The translations under genes were made by a program, and so were the position numbers. The notes under the pieces are model-generated. The model made no database searches. It was not told the DNA's origin and saw only the letters and a program-made list of their open reading frames with translations. DNA of 64,000 nt from Tagaea sp. (GTDB lineage: Bacteria > Pseudomonadota > Alphaproteobacteria > CACIAM-22H2), in NCBI GenBank assembly GCA_965279525.1, contig CBDIIB010000005.1, forward strand, positions 128,001 through 192,000. The letters are read 5' to 3'. This document shows positions 1 through 8,716 of this stretch, in pieces; the stretch's first letter is position 1, and each line of letters opens with the position of its first letter.

Positions 1-2
1 AG

Positions 3-491
3 GTGATCAAATTCAAAAGCCAGCCCTGCGGGTTCGAAAATCGGGAAAAGCGCGAGAAGGCCTACTACCGCAATCCGGAAATTCCGGACAGCGCCGCGCC
101 GAAGTTCCTGCGGCAGGCATTGAAGTCGAGCATGGAAACCGGCTCGCCCTGCATGGAGTTCCTCGTCCAGATCGGCGTGGAACCGATGAGCGTCGAGGAT
201 GCCAAGACCGAATGGTCGCCCGAGATAGCGCCGTTCCAGAAGGTCGCCACGCTCCGTTTTCCCGAAGGCCAGAACTTCGACACGCCCGAACAGAACCTCG
301 CCTGCGAAGACATGGCGTTCGACCCCTGGCATGCCTCGGTCGAGCACCAGCCGCTCGGCGCGCTGAACCGCATCCGCAAGGAGGTGTATCAGCGGATCAG
401 CAGTTTCAGGCGGGCCGGCAACCGGGCATCCCAGCAAGAGCCGCCAGCCTTCCAGCTCGACCAGTGCAGCAATGGACTCTGGCGGCGCTGA
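3..491 (+). CDS. Catalase-like heme-binding family protein, C-terminal part (5' end probably outside the window)
   Basis: 'MSVEDAKTEW...PFQKVATL..P.GQNFD...ACEDMAFDPWH...HQPLGALNRIRKEVY' resembles the C-terminus of short catalase-like proteins, including the RxxxY heme-ligand motif. Confidence 0.7.
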   Translation: MIKFKSQPCGFENREKREKAYYRNPEIPDSAAPKFLRQALKSSMETGSPCMEFLVQIGVEPMSVEDAKTEWSPEIAPFQKVATLRFPEGQNFDTPEQNLACEDMAFDPWHASVEHQPLGALNRIRKEVYQRISSFRRAGNRASQQEPPAFQLDQCSNGLWRR

Positions 492-554
492 CCCGGCCGT
501 CGAGCAGCACGCTGAGCGCGACGAGGTCGCGGCGGACCTCGTCGTCCACGGGTG

Positions 555-968
555 CTACGCTTTCGGGATGACGCCGCGCCGGCGCAGGATCTCGATTTCC
601 TCTTCCGTCCCGCCCTGCTCGGCGCCGCGTTCGCGGATCAGGAAGGCCGGGCGGTTGGAGATCACGCGCAGTTCCTTGACCGCCTTGCGCGGCAGCGGGA
701 TGCGCGCGTCCTTGCAATAAGAGATAAGGGCGGCGGCCACCTCGTTGGCGGTGAATTTGCGCGCGACGATGCCGCCATCGTCCTTTTCCAGGTGCAGCGA
801 CAGCGTGATCTCGTCGGCATCGAGCACGAGGCGCGTGATCTGGCCCACCGGCAGCGGCTTCTTGCGCATGCGCGCGAAGGCGCCGATGGCGCGCACGAGT
901 TCGCTTTCCCGGAAGAAGATCAACCGGTATTCCCACACACCCGGCGGCAGGCCCGCGGCTTTGCTCAC
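555..968 (-). CDS. Hypothetical protein, 137 aa, paralog of the upstream gene
   Basis: GTG at 968 overlaps the TGA of 965..1333 (GTGA coupling); GC3-rich codons; shares EYRxIxF and AAAxIxxCKxxxIxLPxKxxK motifs with its neighbour. Confidence 0.7.
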   Translation of the reverse strand: MSKAAGLPPGVWEYRLIFFRESELVRAIGAFARMRKKPLPVGQITRLVLDADEITLSLHLEKDDGGIVARKFTANEVAAALISYCKDARIPLPRKAVKELRVISNRPAFLIRERGAEQGGTEEEIEILRRRGVIPKA

Positions 969-1333
969 GCGGCCCGCTTGGCGAGTTCGAGCGCCAGGAA
1001 TTCCGGTGCTTCGGGGCCGGCGATATGCACGACCAGCGCGAGCTTGCTGTCGAGCAGGTAGGTCTCCTTGGTCGACTTCAGCGGCAGCCGGATGCCCTTG
1101 TCCTTGCACATCAGGATCATCGCCGCCGACAGCGAGGCGCGGTCGAAGCGGTAGCGCTCGGGCCGTCCGTCCTTGGCCGCGAAGATGAGCTCGCAGTTCA
1201 GCGTCTCGGGATCGATCTTGAATTCTTCGGGCTGGCGCACGGGCACGGCCACGCCGCGCTTGCGCTGGTAGCTGACCAGCCCTTCGCGCACGTCGCGCCA
1301 CGTGAAAAGGATGCACCTGTACTCGCTCGCCAT
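965..1333 (-). CDS. Hypothetical protein, 122 aa
   Basis: ATG start, typical codon bias, homologous to the downstream ORF. Confidence 0.75.
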   Translation of the reverse strand: MASEYRCILFTWRDVREGLVSYQRKRGVAVPVRQPEEFKIDPETLNCELIFAAKDGRPERYRFDRASLSAAMILMCKDKGIRLPLKSTKETYLLDSKLALVVHIAGPEAPEFLALELAKRAA

Positions 1334-1408
1334 CGCACCGGGTCCGGGGTCGTCAGGGCTTGTCGGCTCTGACTAACCCGGAAAACCCCCGGATGCAACG
1401 GGGCGGCG

Positions 1409-4400
1409 TTATTCGGCCGGGGTCGCGGCCGGCGGCACGGCCTTGCTCTTGCGCGCCATGCCGCGCACCACGACGTAGAACACCGGCGTCAGGAACAGCC
1501 CGAACAGCGTGACCCCGAGCATGCCCGAGAACACCGCGGTACCCAGCGACTGGCGCATTTCGGCCCCGGGGCCCGTCGCCGTGACGAGCGGGACCACGCC
1601 CAGGATGAAGGCGAAGGCCGTCATCAGGATGGGGCGCAGGCGCAGGCGGCACGCCTCGACCACCGCGGCGATGGCGTCCTTGTTGTCGTCCTCGAGCTGG
1701 CGGGCGAACTCCACGATCAGGATGGCGTTCTTGGCCGCAAGGCCCACCAGCACGATGAGGCCGACCTGCACGAGGATGTTGTTGTCGAGCCCGCGCACCA
1801 TCACGCCGGCAAGGGCCGACAGCACGCTCATCGGCACGATCAGCACGATCGCGAACGGCATGCCCCAGCTTTCGTACTGGGCGGCGAGTGCCAGGAACAC
1901 GAACACCACCGCGAGGATGAAGATATAGGTCGCGGTGTTGCCGGTGAGCTTCTCCTGGTAGGCAAGCTCGGTCCATTCGTAGCCGATGCCCTGCGGCAGC
2001 ACTTCGTTGGCGACCTGCTCGATCGTCGCGATCGCCTGGCTCGACGTGATGCCGGGGGCGGCGGCCGCCTGGATGGGCACCGAGATATACGCGTTGTAGC
2101 GCTGGACGAGATCGGGACCGGTCGTGTCGCGGATCTCGGCGAGCGTGCCCAGCGGCACGAGTGCCCCCGTCGCCGAACGCACGCGCAGGCGCGCGATGTC
2201 CTCGCGGTCGAGACGGAAGCCGTTGTCGGCCTGTGCACGCACCTGGTAGACGCGGCCGAACGCGTTGAAGTCGTTCACGTAGGCCGTGCCCAGATTGTAC
2301 TGGAGCGTTTCGAAGATGTTGCCGATCGGCACGTTCAGGATCTGCGCCTTCGTGCGGTCGATCTCCAGATAGATCTGCGGCGTGCTGGACGAGAACGTCG
2401 TGAACACACCCACGAGGCCCGGCGTCTGCCGCAGCCGGCCGATCAGGTCCTGCGAGGCGGCAAGCACGCGGCCGACGTCGTTGCCGGTGCGCTCCTGCAG
2501 CTGCAGCTTGACGCCGCCCAGCGAGCCGATGCCGGGAACCGACGGCGGCGGGATCGCGATGATGAAGGCTTCCTGGATCTGCTGGAGCCGGCCGAAGAGC
2601 TGGCCGACGATCGCCATCGACGGCAGCCCGTCGCGCACGCGCTCGGCGAACGGCTTGAAGCCGGCGAAGATGACGGCGGCATTGGGCGAGTTGGTGAAGG
2701 TCGCACCCGAGAAGCCGGCGAAGGCGACGGCATCCTTGACGCCGGGAGTGGCCTGCATGATCTCGGAGGCGCGGCGCACGACCGCGTCGGTGCGTTCGAG
2801 CGACGCGCCGTCGGGCAGCTGGATGGCCACGATCGCGTAGCCGCGGTCGAGCGGCGGGATGAAGCCGGTGGGAACGGTCATGCCGATCCACGCGGTGGCG
2901 GCACCCAGTGCCACGTACACGCCCAGCATCAGCGCCTTGCGCCGCACGAGGATGCCGGTTGCCTTCGCGTAGCCGTCACCCATGCGGTCGAAGCCGCGGT
3001 TGAAGATGCCGGCGGCCTTGCCGGCGAGCTTCGCCACGGGATTGGTCGGCACATGATGCGGGTCGTGCTTCTTGAGCATGATCGCCGCGAGTGCCGGAGA
3101 AAGCGTGAGGGAATTGAACGCCGACAGCACCGTGGCGACCGCGATGGTCGCGGCGAACTGGCGGTAGAACTGGCCCTGCAGCCCCGGCACGAAGGCCGAC
3201 GGGATGAACACGGCCGACAGTACGACCGCGATGGCGATGACGGCGGTTCCCACCTCGTCCATCGTCGTGTGCGCGGCATCGCGCGGGGTCATGCCCTCGG
3301 CGATGTTGCGTTCCACGTTCTCGACCACGACGATCGCGTCGTCGACGACGATGCCGATCGCCAGCACCATGCCGAAGAGCGTGAGCACGTTGAGCGAGAA
3401 GCCGAACTGCAGCAGCACCGCGAACGTGCCGATCAGCGACACCGGGATCGCGAGGATCGGGATCAGCGCCGCACGCCAGCTCTGCAGGAAGACGAGCACG
3501 ACGAGGGCGACGAGCAGGATCGCCTCGATCAGCGTGGTGTAGACCGCGGTGATCGATTCCTGGATGAAGCTCGTCGGGTTGTAGACGACCTGGTAGTCGA
3601 CGCCGACGGGGAAGTTCTTCTTGAGCTCGGCCATGCGCCCGAGGATCGCGTCGGCGGTGGCGAGCGCGTTGGAGCCCGGGCGCTGGAACACCGCGAGCGC
3701 CACGGCGGGCTTGCCGTTGAGGTAGGAGTTCGTGACGTATTCCTTGGCACCCAGTTCGAGGCGCGCGACATCGCCCACGCGCACGAGCCGGCCGCCGTCG
3801 CCCGAGCGGACGATCACGTCGCGGAACTGGCGCAGGTCGTCGAAGCGGCCCTGCGTTGTGACCGCAAGCTGGAACGCGGCCCCTTCCGAGGGCGGGGTGC
3901 CCAAGGCACCGCCCGAGACCTGCACGTTCTGTTCGCGGAGTGCGCGCACCACGTCGCCGGCCGAAAGGCTGTAGCTGGCGAGCTTGTCGGGGTCCATCCA
4001 CACGCGCACGGCGTATTCGCGCGCACCGAACACGATGAGGTCGCCCACGCCCTCGATGCGCAGCAGCTGGTCGCGGATGCGCAGCAGCGCGTAGTTCGAG
4101 ATGTAGAGCTGGTCGTAGCTGTCGTCGGGCGAGAGCATGTGCACGACCAACATCAGGTCGGGCGAGCTCTTCTGCGTGGTGATGCCCAGGCGCCGCACTT
4201 CCTCGGGCAGGCGCGCGGTCGCGATCTGCACGCGGTTCTGGACGAGGACCTGCGCGTTGTCGAGATCGGTGCCGGCCTTGAACGTGATGGTCAGCGACAT
4301 CGAGCCGTCGGCCGTGGCGTAGGACGACATGTAGAGCATGTCTTCCACGCCGTTGATTTCCTGCTCGAGCGGCGTTGCCACCGTCGCGGCGACGGTCTGG

Positions 4401-4567
4401 GCATCGGCGCCGGGATAGCTCGCGCGCACGACGATCGTGGGCGGCGCGATCTCGGGATACTCGGCCACGGGAAGCTGGGTGAACGCGATGGCGCCCAGGA
4501 TGACCGTGATGATCGACAGCACCGACGCGAAGATCGGATGGTCGACGAAGAAATGGGTGAAACGCAT
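1409..4567 (-). CDS. RND efflux transporter permease subunit (HAE1 family, MexF/BepE-like)
   Basis: 1052 aa; 'LPVAEYPEIAPPTIVV', 'AIGIVVDDAIVVVENVER', 'GLAAKNAILIVEFA', 'RLRPILMT' motifs; GGAG RBS. Confidence 0.97.
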   Translation of the reverse strand: MRFTHFFVDHPIFASVLSIITVILGAIAFTQLPVAEYPEIAPPTIVVRASYPGADAQTVAATVATPLEQEINGVEDMLYMSSYATADGSMSLTITFKAGTDLDNAQVLVQNRVQIATARLPEEVRRLGITTQKSSPDLMLVVHMLSPDDSYDQLYISNYALLRIRDQLLRIEGVGDLIVFGAREYAVRVWMDPDKLASYSLSAGDVVRALREQNVQVSGGALGTPPSEGAAFQLAVTTQGRFDDLRQFRDVIVRSGDGGRLVRVGDVARLELGAKEYVTNSYLNGKPAVALAVFQRPGSNALATADAILGRMAELKKNFPVGVDYQVVYNPTSFIQESITAVYTTLIEAILLVALVVLVFLQSWRAALIPILAIPVSLIGTFAVLLQFGFSLNVLTLFGMVLAIGIVVDDAIVVVENVERNIAEGMTPRDAAHTTMDEVGTAVIAIAVVLSAVFIPSAFVPGLQGQFYRQFAATIAVATVLSAFNSLTLSPALAAIMLKKHDPHHVPTNPVAKLAGKAAGIFNRGFDRMGDGYAKATGILVRRKALMLGVYVALGAATAWIGMTVPTGFIPPLDRGYAIVAIQLPDGASLERTDAVVRRASEIMQATPGVKDAVAFAGFSGATFTNSPNAAVIFAGFKPFAERVRDGLPSMAIVGQLFGRLQQIQEAFIIAIPPPSVPGIGSLGGVKLQLQERTGNDVGRVLAASQDLIGRLRQTPGLVGVFTTFSSSTPQIYLEIDRTKAQILNVPIGNIFETLQYNLGTAYVNDFNAFGRVYQVRAQADNGFRLDREDIARLRVRSATGALVPLGTLAEIRDTTGPDLVQRYNAYISVPIQAAAAPGITSSQAIATIEQVANEVLPQGIGYEWTELAYQEKLTGNTATYIFILAVVFVFLALAAQYESWGMPFAIVLIVPMSVLSALAGVMVRGLDNNILVQVGLIVLVGLAAKNAILIVEFARQLEDDNKDAIAAVVEACRLRLRPILMTAFAFILGVVPLVTATGPGAEMRQSLGTAVFSGMLGVTLFGLFLTPVFYVVVRGMARKSKAVPPAATPAE

Positions 4568-4582
4568 GGGCTGCAGGCTCCC

Positions 4583-5734
4583 TTAGCGCTTGGCCGGAAG
4601 GTCGACGCGCTGGGGCGTGACCTTGCCGCCGGGGCGCACGCGCTGGAGCCCGGCGATGACGATCGTCTCGGAGCCGTCGAGACCGTTGCGGATCACGCGG
4701 TAGCCGTCGATGCGCGGGCCCGGGCGCACGAGGCGCACGGCCACGTCGCCGTTCTCGGCCACCACCCACACGAGGCGGCGGTCCTGGTCGGACGAGATCG
4801 CCTCGTCGGGGACGAGCACGGCTTTATAGGCGTTGGAACCGGGCACGCGGATGCGCCCGAACAGGCCCGGCGTGAGGAGCGCGTCCTTGTTCTCGAACGT
4901 CGCGCGCGCGCGCATCGTGCCCGACGCCGGGTCGATGCGGTTGTCGAGGAACTCCATGCGACCCTTGCGCGGCAGATCTCGCTCGTCGAGGAGCCCTGCG
5001 AACACCTCGAAGCCGCCGAGATCGCGGCCCGAGGGCCGGTTGCCGTCGGCGGTGTTGCGCGTGTAGGCGATGAACGAACGCTCGTCGATGTCGAAATAGA
5101 AATGGATCGGGTCGGTCGACACGACCGAGGCGAGCAGCGTCTGGTCGGCGGCCACGAGATTGCCTTCCGACACGAGCTTGCGCCCGATGCGCCCGGTGAT
5201 CGGGCTGCGGATCTCGGTGAACCCCAGATTGAGGCGGGCGGATTCGAGATCGGCGCGCAGGCCCGCGATGTCGGCCTGCGCCTGCTGGAAGGTCTGGCGG
5301 GCCTGTTCGAGCTGGCGCTCGGGCGCGTTGCCCGAGCGCGCGAGACGCTCGTAACGGTCGAGGTCGCCGCGCGCGAAATCGACGCGCGTCTGGGCGGCGT
5401 TGACGGCGGCGGTGGCGCGCGCATACGTCGCGGCGTAGGGGCGCTTGTCGATGACGAAAAGCAGCTCGCCTTCCTTGACGATCTGGCCGTCGCGGAACTT
5501 CACCTGTTCGAGATATCCCGAGACGCGCGCGCGCAGGTCGACCGAGTCGACCGCATCGAAGCGGCCGGTGAACTCGTCCTGCTCGATGATTTCCTTGACC
5601 ACCGGCTTGGCGACCGTGACGGGCGGCGGGCCGGGCGGACCGCCCTGCGCCATCGCGTCGTCCGCGAAAATCGGCGAAGCGAGCGCCATCGAGGCGCCGA
5701 GCAGCGCCGTCGCAAACCGGTTCCGGATTGTCAT
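4583..5734 (-). CDS. RND efflux periplasmic adaptor (membrane fusion protein)
   Basis: 'VDLRARVSGYL', 'LFVID.RPY', 'IRSPITGRIG', 'IDPASGTMRARA'; start reassigned to ATG 5734 (MTIRNRF... signal peptide). Confidence 0.93.
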   Translation of the reverse strand: MTIRNRFATALLGASMALASPIFADDAMAQGGPPGPPPVTVAKPVVKEIIEQDEFTGRFDAVDSVDLRARVSGYLEQVKFRDGQIVKEGELLFVIDKRPYAATYARATAAVNAAQTRVDFARGDLDRYERLARSGNAPERQLEQARQTFQQAQADIAGLRADLESARLNLGFTEIRSPITGRIGRKLVSEGNLVAADQTLLASVVSTDPIHFYFDIDERSFIAYTRNTADGNRPSGRDLGGFEVFAGLLDERDLPRKGRMEFLDNRIDPASGTMRARATFENKDALLTPGLFGRIRVPGSNAYKAVLVPDEAISSDQDRRLVWVVAENGDVAVRLVRPGPRIDGYRVIRNGLDGSETIVIAGLQRVRPGGKVTPQRVDLPAKR

Positions 5735-5914
5735 TGTGCGGTCCCCGAACGATCCCCCGATCTGTCTGGCGACATGGCGTGCCACTGCGCCGGGGGAATA
5801 TCGCAGTGCAGCATTGGACCAAATATAGGAATGGTCCACGGCAAAACTCAAGCGTGCCGCACAGAAATTAATTGCGACTTTTCATCATCGAATTGAAACA
5901 TAACGACAAAGGAA

Positions 5915-5944
5915 CGCCCGGTGCGGGGGACCTCGCACCGGGCG
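5915..5944 (-). terminator. Intrinsic terminator-like hairpin after the small secreted protein gene
   Basis: 11-bp inverted repeat CGCCCGGTGCG/CGCACCGGGCG followed on the minus strand by TTCCTTTGT. Confidence 0.6.
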
Positions 5945-5963
5945 CCTGTCGTTCGGGCGGAGC

Positions 5964-6173
5964 CTAGTTCTTCTTCGGCTCGGCCTTCGTCTCGGTCGCC
6001 TTCGCGGCGGGGGCGTGCGCCTTGTCGTCGACCTTGCCGGCGGGCTTGGCCGGCGCCTGTGCGGTGACGGCGGGCTTCGCCGGGGTGGCCGGCGTCGCCG
6101 GCGTTGCCTGCGCGAACGCGATCGACGGGGCGGCGAGCGACAGGGCCAGGGCGAGTGCGGCGAACTTCTTCAT
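5964..6173 (-). CDS. Small secreted Ala/Pro/Lys-rich low-complexity protein
   Basis: MKKFAALALALSLAAPSIAFA signal peptide, GGAG RBS, PAT/PAK repeats. Confidence 0.85.
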   Translation of the reverse strand: MKKFAALALALSLAAPSIAFAQATPATPATPAKPAVTAQAPAKPAGKVDDKAHAPAAKATETKAEPKKN

Positions 6174-6327
6174 CGAGAGTCTCCGGTTTTCTAGAGCCGG
6201 CGGCACCAAGCCGCCTCTCTTCCGGACAATGCGCGAGGGCAGCGGGCTATTCCGCGCTCAATTTCGGCATCTTCGTGGCATTTGTCCCGAGGTGAAAACG
6301 TTCAGGCGAAAAAATCAGCCCTCGCCG

Positions 6328-6534
6328 TCAGGCGAAAAAATCATACGTCTTGCCGACGCCGAATTCGACGAGCTCGGGCGCCTGGATGCGCGGCGGATCG
6401 AAGAACGAGCGCGGCGACCACGGCTGCGTGTTGAACGCGGCGGCGGCGGTGCCGGCCTCGTAGGACGGGGTCGTCGAGATGTAACCCGAGGGGCCACCCC
6501 CGAAACCGGTGGCGGCGGTGATCGAACCAGCCAT
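6328..6534 (-). CDS. Small hypothetical protein, 68 aa
   Basis: GGAGAG RBS before ATG; GC3-rich codons; ends in GVGKTYDFFA. Confidence 0.65.
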   Translation of the reverse strand: MAGSITAATGFGGGPSGYISTTPSYEAGTAAAAFNTQPWSPRSFFDPPRIQAPELVEFGVGKTYDFFA

Positions 6535-7260
6535 GAGCTTTCTCTCCAGTGGCGAAACGTTCGCGGTTCTCGCGAGGTACGGACTTTATAGCACGGAGCA
6601 CCTGGACTGGCAAAAGCCCCGAAAAATCGAGGCCCCGCCGCCCGTCCGCCCGCGGGGCGGATGGGGCATTGGCGGGGCCCGCTTTGCTTTACGGCCTCGG
6701 GGACCGGCCGTTACGCCGGTAGCCCTTCGGCCCGCCCGCGGCACAAACGCTCGGGCGGATCGTGCCGATATCGCCGTCGGGCGGGGCGGGGTCTTGCCGC
6801 AAGGGCGGCTTCGGGGGGTTCGGCATCGCGATCCCGGGTCCCGGAAATCCGCAGCTGTGACGAGACGCCCGATCCGTCCGCGAAAGGCAGCGTCGGCGGC
6901 GCTTGACGTCCATCTTGTGCGCCGGCCTGAAGAAAATCGGATAGGACCGGTGCTTACTGGCTCTTCGGTGGAGTCATGTCGTTTTCGGACACCTCCCCGT
7001 TCGGGTTGCCGATCCGTTTTGCGTCCCTGCCCCGCGACCTCGTGGAGGAGCGTGCGGCGCCGGGGCGCCCGGCCGTCATCGGCGGCCGGTGTCGAATGCG
7101 GATGGATCGGCTTCGCACGCGACAGGAAGACGCTAGCACGAAATCGCGCCCGTTTGGAGTCCGGCGATTCGGAATTTTAGATATATATAGTGTTTATTAT
7201 TAACCGTGCGGCGTCACACGGGACTCACAATTTTTAAGCATCACGTACTACAATGAGAGG

Positions 7261-7647
7261 ATGCTTCCGCGCCTCTGCGTCCTGCTCCTGGCCCTGTGCG
7301 TCCTTGCCGGCGAAACGCATGCGCGGCCCGACTGCCGCGCCATCGACGGCGACACGATCGCGTGCGGCAAGCAGCACGTGCGCATCGTCAATGTCGATAC
7401 GCCGGAGCTGGGTGCGGGTGCGCGCTGCCCGGCCGAAGCGGCCCTCGCCGAACGCGCGCGCCGCTTCACCGCCGAGCAGATCGCCGGCACGAATGTCGAG
7501 ATCCGCCCCGACCCGAAGCGCCCGCACGACCGCTGGGGCCGCACGCTCGCGCGCGTCATCGTCGACGGAATCGATCTTGGCGAAGCGCTGGTCGCCGCCG
7601 GCCTCGCGCGCGCATGGGACGGCAGGCGCCGGCCGTGGTGCCCCTAA
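7261..7647 (+). CDS. Thermonuclease (SNase-like) family secreted nuclease
   Basis: Signal peptide; 'IDGDTI', 'VRIVNVDTPE', 'DRWGRTLARV', 'LVAAGLA' motifs. Confidence 0.9.
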   Translation: MLPRLCVLLLALCVLAGETHARPDCRAIDGDTIACGKQHVRIVNVDTPELGAGARCPAEAALAERARRFTAEQIAGTNVEIRPDPKRPHDRWGRTLARVIVDGIDLGEALVAAGLARAWDGRRRPWCP

Positions 7648-7653
7648 GCCCCG

Positions 7654-7731
7654 TCAGCGCCAGAAGATGATGATCAGGATCACGATCGGAAGCGGGATGC
7701 CGAGGAGCCAGAGAAGTACGCCGCGTCCCAT
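7654..7731 (-). CDS. 25-aa hydrophobic small membrane protein MGRGVLLWLLGIPLPIVILIIIFWR (absent from the ORF track)
   Basis: AGGAG RBS at 7740-7744, ATG 7731, TGA 7654-7656, GC3-rich codons, single TM-like stretch. Confidence 0.8.
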   Translation of the reverse strand: MGRGVLLWLLGIPLPIVILIIIFWR

Positions 7732-7842
7732 GATTTCGACTCCTGCTGCCTGAATTCGTCCGCCGGAAAATCGGCGTCGGCATCTGGTAGCAGGGAGCGG
7801 CGGGGCCGGAGAGGCCCGGAAACTACGCAGGCCGCGCGGCGA

Positions 7843-8235
7843 TCAGTAATAGGCGTCGCCGGTCAGGCGTTGCGAGATCCACCAGATGTTTCCGGCACCG
7901 TCGCGCACGCCGCCCTGCCGGTCGCCATAGGGCATGTCGCCGACCGCCATTTCGAGACGCGCGCCGGCGGCAAGGGCGCGGCGCATCGTCGCGTCCGCGT
8001 CGGCGACATAAAGATAGTAGGCCGCCGCCATCGCCGGATAGGCGGGCGTGGCGCCGCTGACCATGAAGTTCGAAGCGCCGATCGCGATCTGGGCGTTGGC
8101 GAGGCTGCCGTCCGGCCGGGCGGTCCGTCCGACCGTGACCGCACCGAACGCCCGTTCGAGGAACGCGATGAACGCGTCGGGATCGGCGACGAAGAAATAC
8201 GGGACCACGCTGGCGAAGCCGGGCGGAGCCGTCAT
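7843..8235 (-). CDS. VOC/glyoxalase (PhnB-like) family protein
   Basis: 'SVVPYFFV.D....IAFLERAFGA', 'YLYVADADATMRRALAAGA', 'DMPYGDRQGGVRDGAGNIWWI'. Confidence 0.9.
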   Translation of the reverse strand: MTAPPGFASVVPYFFVADPDAFIAFLERAFGAVTVGRTARPDGSLANAQIAIGASNFMVSGATPAYPAMAAAYYLYVADADATMRRALAAGARLEMAVGDMPYGDRQGGVRDGAGNIWWISQRLTGDAYY

Positions 8236-8253
8236 CGCGATTCAAGCCGGCAG

Positions 8254-8307
8254 GAGGAAAATGGCGCGCCCGAAGAGATTCGAACTCCTAACCCTCAGAT
8301 CCGTAGT
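8254..8307 (-). repeat. att direct repeat: displaced 3' half of tRNA-Arg plus 8 nt
   Basis: 54-bp exact copy of 12495..12548 (GAGGAAAATGGCGCGCCCGAAGAG...CAGATCCGTAGT). Confidence 0.95.
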
Positions 8308-8352
8308 TGATGTATTGGCATTGTTTCGGCGTTTCAGACCATTCGCCAAACG

Positions 8353-8715
8353 TCAACTAAGCCGATATTCGTACGACAAGGGCGAAAGCCGCTCGTCTTC
8401 GATTGCTCATACCCAACGTATATCGATGTCGGCACCAATGGCCGATGGCGTTTCGCCGTCGTGCCTCAAATCAATGTCGGTGACTAGAAAGTGTACGTTC
8501 TGGGAGTCGCGTTCACCATGTACGCGGACCTTATAGCGAGTGAGAATGATCGCAGCACTGGAGGTAGTCGTGCCCTTGACCTATGCAATAGCGATATTTC
8601 CATCTCTTGATAACTCAAGATCGTATGGCTTTTGCAATTTGACATCCCTTACATCGAAGCTCTGCTCCCTAAAGAAATCGACGACTAGAGCCCTTGCGCG
8701 CACCTCAACTGATAG
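8353..8715 (-). pseudogene. DUF3883 (NOV_C-like) PD-(D/E)xK nuclease domain relic
   Basis: Manual translation 'VEVRARALVVDFFREQSFDVRDVKLQKPYDLELSRDGNIAIA*VKGTTTSSAAIILTRYKV...FLVTDIDL...WV*AIEDERLSPLSYEYRLS*'; in-frame stops at 8581-8583 and 8407-8409; 5' boundary approximate. Confidence 0.75.
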
Positions 8716-8716
8716 A

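Noticed and set aside
8254-8307. Second tRNA-Arg gene
   Set aside because: Only the 3' half is present; it lacks the D arm and 5' acceptor strand.
8048-8536. ORF containing 'MARPKRFELLT'
   Set aside because: This is the antisense translation of the tRNA-derived att repeat and the DUF3883-like relic.
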